A model generated the notes under the pieces. That model searched no databases, was not told the DNA's origin, and saw nothing but the letters and a program-made list of their open reading frames with translations. Position numbers and translations under genes: made by a program. 64,000 bases of DNA, taken from NCBI GenBank assembly GCA_000388065.2, contig KB932210.1; one strand, given 5' to 3'. Source of the DNA: Fonticula alba ATCC 38817 (taxonomy: Eukaryota; Protista; Nucleariida). This document shows positions 57,037 to 64,000 of this stretch, one piece after another (position 1 is the first letter of the stretch; every line of letters begins with the position of its first letter).

Positions 57037-60000
57037 ATGCGGTCGCTCGGCCGGCTGAGGCTGGTATGGGCTCTTCTCGGGGCGTGGCTGGCCGCCGGGC
57101 CGCTGGCTGGCCGGGCGGCCCCGCCACCGGGGGCACCCCTCCGGGCATGGGACCGTGAGACCCCCCTGCCGGAGGCGGCGCCCATCTACTTCCACCAAAC
57201 GCTCCTGCCTCTGTCGCAGTGGGCCGACCAGCCGGGGCACATGTTCGGCAAGTTCTTCTCCACCGAGCTCCCCATGTCGGGGGTCTTCTCCAGCACCGCC
57301 CATGGCCGGCTGTATGCCATGCAGGATGTGGCAGCCAGCCCGAATGCCGACATGCGCATCGGCAGCCTCGTGTCGGCCGAGCCCCATAGCACCGTCGGCA
57401 TGGCGAGCCTTGTCGCTGGGCCCGGCGCCGTGGCTCTTGTGGTCCCCACGCCGCAGGGGCCCGCCCTGGCCTCGTACGTCCCGGAAACCGGGGTCTTCAA
57501 CTTCGCCACCGGCCCCACCAAGATGGAGTTCGACTTCGGCGTCCCGATCCGGGTGCTGGCAGCCACGGCCCGAAGCCCGACGCTGCTCATGGTGCTCATG
57601 TACTTCCCCGACAGCCGGGAGGTGCTTCTCACCCGCTGGGAGCCGGCCGACATGGATTCACACACCCTGGTGGCCCTTGCTCCGGGGGATGCCGCCCCGG
57701 TCGGGGCCACCGCCGGCCCGGATGGAAGCTTCCTCTTCTGGAGTCCCAACCACCTGGCCGGGGCCTTCCTCCAATGGGACCAGCCCCTGAGGGATGTAAG
57801 CATCCTCCAGCAAGGGCCGCTGGACCGCATCCGCCATGTGGCCCTCCTGCACCTGACCGCGGCTGCCCCCTCGCTGGACATGGCCTTACTCTTTGAAAAC
57901 GGCCGCCTGGACCTCTGCTATGATGTCACCACCGGCATCTGCAGCCCCCACAGGTATGTTCTCCTCCCGGGCGGAGGTGTTTCCGCGGCGGCCACCATCC
58001 TCGGGCCGCCGGCCGGCCAGCTGCCCAGCAAGACTCCCCACCATTGGCTGGCCGTGCATGACCCCTCCCAGGAGGCTCTCTGGCGGCTGGACGTCCTGCC
58101 CTCCGGCCAGCCGGTGTCCTGGAAGCGCATGGTCCTCCCCGGGACGGTGGCCAGCCAAACCGGCCTCCTGCTGCGCGAGGTGAAACTCGGCTCGCATGGC
58201 CTCCAGTGGCTGGTGCTCGCCGGGGCCCATGGCTACATGCAGTCGCCGCACTTTGGCTGCGACTCCGATGTGACCGTCACCTGCAACAGCGGCCAGGGGC
58301 CGCCTGCGCCCGGTGATCGGGGATTTGCCTGCGCCACCGGTCGGGCCCTTTCGCCCTTCATCGCCCCGGGGCTCCTGTGTGCCGGCTGCCAAAGTGGAAA
58401 TGAGGCTCCCACCGGCTGGAGCTCCCCCGGTACGCATCTCCCGGTGGTACCGGGGCCCCTGCATGTGTGCCTCCCCCCCCCCTACACCCCAGGCCGGGGT
58501 CTTCCTTTCTTGCATGCTCCTCTCCTCCCCCCGACCCGCCGACTCGCAGCGTGCGCACCGGCCACTCGCCATGCTGCCTGGATTGGCCACTGACGCCGCG
58601 CATCGGGCTCGGCTCATCCTGTGCCGCGCCTCGCCCCTGCCCCCCCCCCCTCCCCCCTCCGGCGCAGCCATCTGCTCGGGCTGCCCGCCCGGCTGTGAGA
58701 CCTGCCACGGCGGCCGGTGCCTGCTCTGCGTGGGCGACCGCCTTCTCCTGGAGGACAACTTCGAAAGCGACACGACGCAATGCCTGGACCAGTGTTCGCC
58801 CGGGTTCCAGGTCGCCGCCGGCAGCCGGCGCTGCGTCCCGCAACAGCCTGGCCACTTCCGGAATCTGCATCTCCAGCCGATGACCCTGCCCTTTGACACG
58901 GGCGCGGAGCTGCGGTTCCTGGCCCGGAGCTGGCTTCGCCTGGACCTGCTTACGGGCCACCTGCTGGTGCTTTCGCGCGACAGCAAGGTGATGGTGGAGG
59001 ACAACCTCCTCGGCTTCCTGTCCACCCGGTCGGCCGCCTGGCTGGCCGGGGACTATGTCCTGCAGCAGGGCGTCCATCCGATCGACGGGGCCCTCATGCC
59101 GGCGGACCTGTTCGGAGCCGAGCCGGTGGTGGCATACGCCGAGCTGATGCTCTACTCGGAGGTCCTCAGCCAGTCGTACCTGCAGATGTTCATGTGCCAG
59201 GCATCCGGCCGGCTGGTGACTCGGCGCGTGCTCTGTCTCCTGCCCCTGCCACCCGCCGGGGACTCCTGCCAAGCGGACCCCCAGCTCGTCGAGGTGCTGC
59301 CCATCCCGGGCGACGCTCGCTGCCACACCCTCCGCGGGCTGGACCACCAGTCGGTCACGGTCGGCACGCCGGCCGGCGTCTTCCTGGCCACGGTGGATGC
59401 CGGCCAGAGGGTGCATGTGCTGCCGCTGCCGGGGTCGCACGGCCACCCGGCCCTGGTGCAGACCTCCCCCCTGGACCAGCTGGCCCCGTGGCTGGTCCGG
59501 GCCCTGGCCCGGGACCCGGACCAGGGCGGCGCCTGGGCCACGACCGCGCCGCTGGCCCTCTTCAAGGCGGCCGACCCGCGGGCCATCACCCCCCTGGCCA
59601 TGGGCCTGACTCGGGACCCGGTGCCCGGCATCCCCTCCAATGCCGTTCCCCTGGCCCTGCCAACCCGGCGCACCTCGCGCCTGAGCGAGGTGTTCCTGTC
59701 CTTCCTGGCCGAGTCGCCGCGCGACACATCGGCCCCGGCCAGCTGGCACGCCCTGCACCTGCCCATGGGGTGGGTGCCCCACCAGCGGACCACCGATGTG
59801 CCGGGGCATCTGGAAGTGCTGGGCCTCCTGCCGGGCGCCCTCCCGGCCCATACGCCGCACCGCATCCTGGCCGTGCCGCTCGAGCACGCAAGCACCCCCG
59901 GCGCGCTGATCCTCCTGACTGCCCGGCACATGGGCATCGCCCTGCTGGAGTGCCGGTCCCCCAGCCCCTCCGGGCTGTGCTGGCTCCTGCCGGCCCGCTT

Positions 60001-63000
60001 TTTCGACATCCCCTCGCCCGGGCTCCAGCACCTGGACCAGCTGAACCTGCTGCCCATGCCGTCGCTGACCCTGAACCATGCCACGCAGTCGCACTTCCTG
60101 CTGACCCTGCACCAGCAGCGGCATGTGCACGCGCTGTCGGTCGAAGTGCCCACCTGCGCGGTGGGCACCCTGCTGCCAGACTGCGCCCCCTGCCACCCGG
60201 CCTGCCTGGAGTGCAATCGCCCCGGGCCGGAGGGCTGCACCATGTGCCGGACGGCCATGGCCACCAGCCCGGCCCTCTGCCTGGAGCATTGCCCGGAGCG
60301 GTACTGGCCCAATCGCATGAAGCTCTGCCTGCCCTGCTCGGCCGGATGCAAAACCTGCTCCACCGAGTCCTACTGCTCGGCCTGCCTGCCGGGGCACTTC
60401 CTCCAAAGTGACCGGTGCTTTGTGTGCGACGCCTCCTGCGCCAGCTGCCAGGGGCCGGCCGCCTGCCAGACATGCCGCCCGGGGCTGGTGTTCTTGAGCG
60501 CCGACCAGCTGCAGGCGTCCCTTTGTGGCAGCACATGCGCCCCGGGGGAGTACCGCGGCAGCGAGAGGTGCCTCGCCTGCGATGAGAGCTGCGCCCTCTG
60601 CGCCGGCAGCTCGACCCAGTGCCAAGTATGCACCCAGGGGTATGTGTGGACGGCGGGGCGGCCGCCGGCGCCCGGGGCCACCGGCGCATGCTCCCAGTGC
60701 CCGGCCGGCTGTGCGTCCTGCACGGCCGACCGGTGCCTGGCCTGCGAGCAGGGGCTCTTCATCGACCGCCATGGCAGCTGCCTGGCCACCTGCCCTGCCG
60801 GGACGTACCCGGACCAGGAGTCCTGCCAGCCGTGCGATGTCAGCTGCGCCGCCTGCGTCGGCGGCGGTGCGGACCAGTGCACGGCCTGTGCCGCTGGGCT
60901 GGAGCTGCTCGAGGCGGTCCCCCTGCAGGGGGCCTGCGTGTCGGGCTGCCTCGAAGGGCAGTACCGGGACCGTGTCTCCGGCGACTGCTTGCCGTGCGAC
61001 GCGGCGTGCGCCACATGCAACGGCCCCTCGGACCGGGACTGCTGGCGCTGTGTCAGCGGTGTGCTGCAGGACGGCGACTGCATGCAGCACTGCGCCGCGA
61101 AGCACATCGCCCTGGCCGGGCGGTGCCTGCCCTGCCATGTGTCGTGCGACCGTTGCGCCGGGACCCGGAGCACCGAGTGCCTGCCGGCCTGCCCGGGTGA
61201 TCTGCTGGCCCTGCCGGCCGGGGCGTCGCCCATGCGCTGCGTGCCGGCCTGCCCGGTGGGGTACAATGCCTCGGGCGCCGGGTGCAGCCCCTGCGGGGAG
61301 CACTGCGCCAGCTGCCCGGAGTCGACCGCCACCTGCGCCCTGTGCGAGCGGGGCTGGCTGCTGGCCAGCCCGGCCTGCGTGGCCCAGTGCCCGGCCGGGT
61401 CCTCGGCCCTGGGCGGCCTGTGCGCCACCTGCCACGCCTCTTGCGCCACCTGCTTCGGCCCGGGGGCCGACCAATGTGCCACCTGCGGCCCGGCCGCGCC
61501 CTTCATGGTGGGCAGCCGGTGCCACGCCGCCTGCCCGGACGGCACCTTCCAGGATGCCGACTCCTGTCTCTCGTGCAGCGGCACCTGCGCCGGGTGCACC
61601 GGGCCCGGCGCCAACGAGTGCACCCTATGCCCACCGGGCCAATGGCTCTCGCCGGAGGGAAACTGCGTGCCGAGCTGCCCGCCGAAACACTTCGCTCTGG
61701 ATACCGGGGCCGGCGTCCGGGTCTGCGCCCCGTGCCATGCCACCTGCGCCGAGTGCACCGGGCCCGAGGCCGACCAGTGCGCGGCCTGCGCCCCGGGCGG
61801 CCTGCTCAGCGGCAGCACCTGTGTGGACACCTGCCCGCCGGGGGCCTTCGAATGCAGCGCCACCCGAGCATGCCAGCCCTGCCCATCGGGCTGCACCGCC
61901 TGCCACGCGGTGGGCAGCTGCCTGGCCGAGTGCACCGCCTGTGCGGGGGGCCTGGTCCTGTCGGGCGGCGCGTGCGTGGTCCGGTGCCCGGATGGCCAGT
62001 TCGCGCCGGGGGGCATGTCCACCTGCTTCCCCTGCTCCGGCGAGTGCCGGACGTGCAGCGGGCTCGAGGACTTCTGCACCGGCTGCCCCGGGGGGCTTCT
62101 GCACCTTGAGGCGGGCGCGTGCCGGTCCTCCTGCCCTGTGCGCTTCACGGTGGACCTCGCGGGCGGGGTGTGCCTCCCGTGCCCGAATGGCTGCGAGAGC
62201 TGCGCCCCCCCGGCCGGGCATGGCGGCTGCACGGCCGGCCCGGATGGGCGCCTCATCTGCCAGGAGGTGTCCTCCTGCGACCGGTGCGCGGCGGGGCTCT
62301 TCCTGCTCGAGGGGGCGGCCTGCGTGTCGGCCTGCCCCGCGAGGTACTTCGCCCGGCAGGATGCGGCCCCCTGGACGTGCGGCGCCTGCCATGGCAGCTG
62401 CCCCGAGTGCACCGGGCCCGAGCGCCGGGACTGTGTCTCCTCCGGCGGGCCGGCGAACCGTCGCTTGCTGGGTACGACCGCTGCCCCTCCGGGGGTCCCT
62501 TGCGCTTCTGCCCCGACATGCTTCCCCTGGCTAACCCACACGGTCGTGCTTGCTATAGCTCTGGGTCTGGGCATCGGCTTGGGCCTGTTGGTCCTGCTGC
62601 TGCTTCTGATCGCCCTGCTGGTGTTGCTGCGGCGGTACCGCCGGGCGGCCAAGCCCGGCGCCAAGGCCGACCCGGATGACGAGGACGCCACCGTGATGAA
62701 CACCATGCTGGAGCTGTCGCTCCCGGGCAGCATCCTGGTGAGCATCACGAATGACTTCGCCCCGCTGAACGAGGATGCGCTGGGCGCCGGGACCCAGGCG
62801 TCGGTCTTTGCGGCGCGCGCCGTCGGGGCCGGCATCTCCGACCGGCTGGGCTGCCCGGGCACCGTGGCCATCAAGCAGCTGAAGGCCGCGCGCATGACCC
62901 CCACGCAGGTGACCCTCTTCCAGAACGAGGTGGCGCTGATGTGGCTGCTGCGCGACGCGCCGAACGTCGTCCGGCTGTACGGCTACAGCGACCAGCCGCC

Positions 63001-63710
63001 GGCCATCGTCATGGAGCGCTTCGACACGGACCTGCAGACACTCCTGCACTCGGACGTCCCCCTGGACCAGGGCACCGTCCTGGACATCTGCCAGCAGTGG
63101 GCCTCCGGGCTGGAGGCCATGCACGCGCAGGGGATCGCCCACCGGGACCTGAAGCCGGGCAACGTGTTTGCCAGCCAGCGCCCGGATGGCGGCTGGCGCG
63201 CGGCCCTCGGCGACCTGGGCACCTCGCGCAACCTCAACACCGACCGGTCGTCCACCCTGGTGAACCAGGCGCCGGAGCTGAATGCCATGACGGCGCGGTA
63301 CGCGGCGCCCGAGGTGCTGGCCGCCTTCCAGCGCCGGCGCCCGCTCGAGGCGGAGCTCCTCCTCCCGGCGGACATCTACTCCGCGGCCATCATGCTGTGG
63401 GAGTGCCTGGCCCGGGCCGTTCCTTGGCAGGGTTCGTATGCTGTTGCCCCCGATCGCCACCGCCACCTGCGAGGCCCGCTACTAACCCCGCCACTCGGGC
63501 CCCGCGCGCACAGGATCCTCCTTCGAGGAGATCACCTCGGCGGTTGTGGCCGGCGAGCGCCCGCCCGCTGTCGCGGCCTCCGCCGCCCTGGCGGACCTGC
63601 TGCAGCTGGCGTGGGATGCAAACCCGCATGTCCGGCCGCTGGCCGCCTCCCTGCGGCAGAAGTGCGCCATGGTGGCCATCTGCCCGGGGACGGCCGGACC
63701 AAGCCCATGA
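57037..63710 (+). CDS. Receptor kinase paralogue H, complete (exons 57037-58429, 58668-62471, 62559-63431, 63514-63710; 2088 aa)
   Basis: Exon sum of 6267 nt is an exact codon multiple; signal LRLVWALLGAWLAAGPLAG; Cys cap FGCDSDVTVTC...GFACATGR; TM; kinase; the 82-nt intron 63432-63513 restores the C-lobe up to TGA 63708-63710 (the ORF track reads past it). Confidence 0.92.
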
Positions 63711-64000
63711 CCCCGCGCGTGTCTCTCTCCCTCTCGCCCCCCCCCCCCTTCCCTCCCTCGGAGCTATATGCACATACTTTGGCCGACACTGGCCCTGCCT
63801 CGCCTCCGGGCGGCGGGCCCAGAATATACCCACGCCCGGTCCCCGACGCTTGGCTGGCCACCCGCGCGCAATCGCCCGGCCGCGCGATGCTGACACCGCC
63901 TTCGCAGGGCAAGAGGCCCCGGTGCTTACGCCGCCCTTGGCCAATCTGACGGACATGCACACTCACTCGCGCACACGGCGTTGGGGGGGGGGGGGGGGGG

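Noticed and set aside
32812-62558. Apparent excess of in-frame, stop-free introns (E 192 nt; G 126 and 93 nt; H 87 nt)
   Set aside because: 7 of 18 predicted introns have 3n length, close to the one-third expected, and GC-rich introns rarely contain stops. They matter only because they inflate the ORF-track proteins.
1-64000. Hundreds of long Arg/Pro/Gly/Ala-rich ORFs in the track, including antisense ORFs over 1000 aa (e.g. 1971-5243+, 33366-37121-, 42171-46712-, 50269-53751-)
   Set aside because: They are shadows of GC-rich coding sequence, where stops are rare in the off-frames. They show no motifs and overlap well-supported genes; several run through N-gaps.
1-64000. Transposon, retroelement or DGR-like machinery explaining the diversification
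   Set aside because: No reverse transcriptase, transposase, integrase, LTR/TIR pair or template-repeat/variable-repeat pair is visible in this window.

Overview
Draft-assembly window (10 N-gaps) from a very GC-rich, intron-bearing eukaryote. The style recalls the holomycotan Fonticula alba, but that is recollection and unverified. Nearly the whole window is a tandem array of about 9 paralogous genes for giant (~2,100-2,260 aa) single-pass receptor Ser/Thr kinases of TKL-like type, spaced roughly every 8 kb. Three are partial loci on the minus strand (A 1-2118, B 2357-6469, kinase-only K 7964-8874). Six are on the plus strand (C 11957-22512 split by gaps, D 23614-30999, E 31428-38350, F 39690-46586, G 47831-55084, H 57037-63710). 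Shared architecture: signal peptide, divergent domain 1 ending in a conserved Cys cap, phase-1 intron, one furin-like Cys repeat, divergent domain 2, a long furin-like CxxC stalk, a Gly-zipper TM helix, an acidic juxtamembrane motif, then the kinase. The window also holds tRNA-Gly(GCC) and three identical tRNA-Val(AAC) copies, one probably an assembly duplicate. Most notable observations: near-identical DNA tracts shared patchwise between paralogues whose N-termini are highly divergent; a conserved ~250-bp upstream element with a hairpin before three genes; a non-RD (HCDLKP) kinase in G; paralogue-specific intron presence or absence; three homopolymer frameshifts in D; and a 986-bp exact duplication that points to swapped contigs. 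Most ORFs in the supplied track are GC-rich off-frame or antisense noise.
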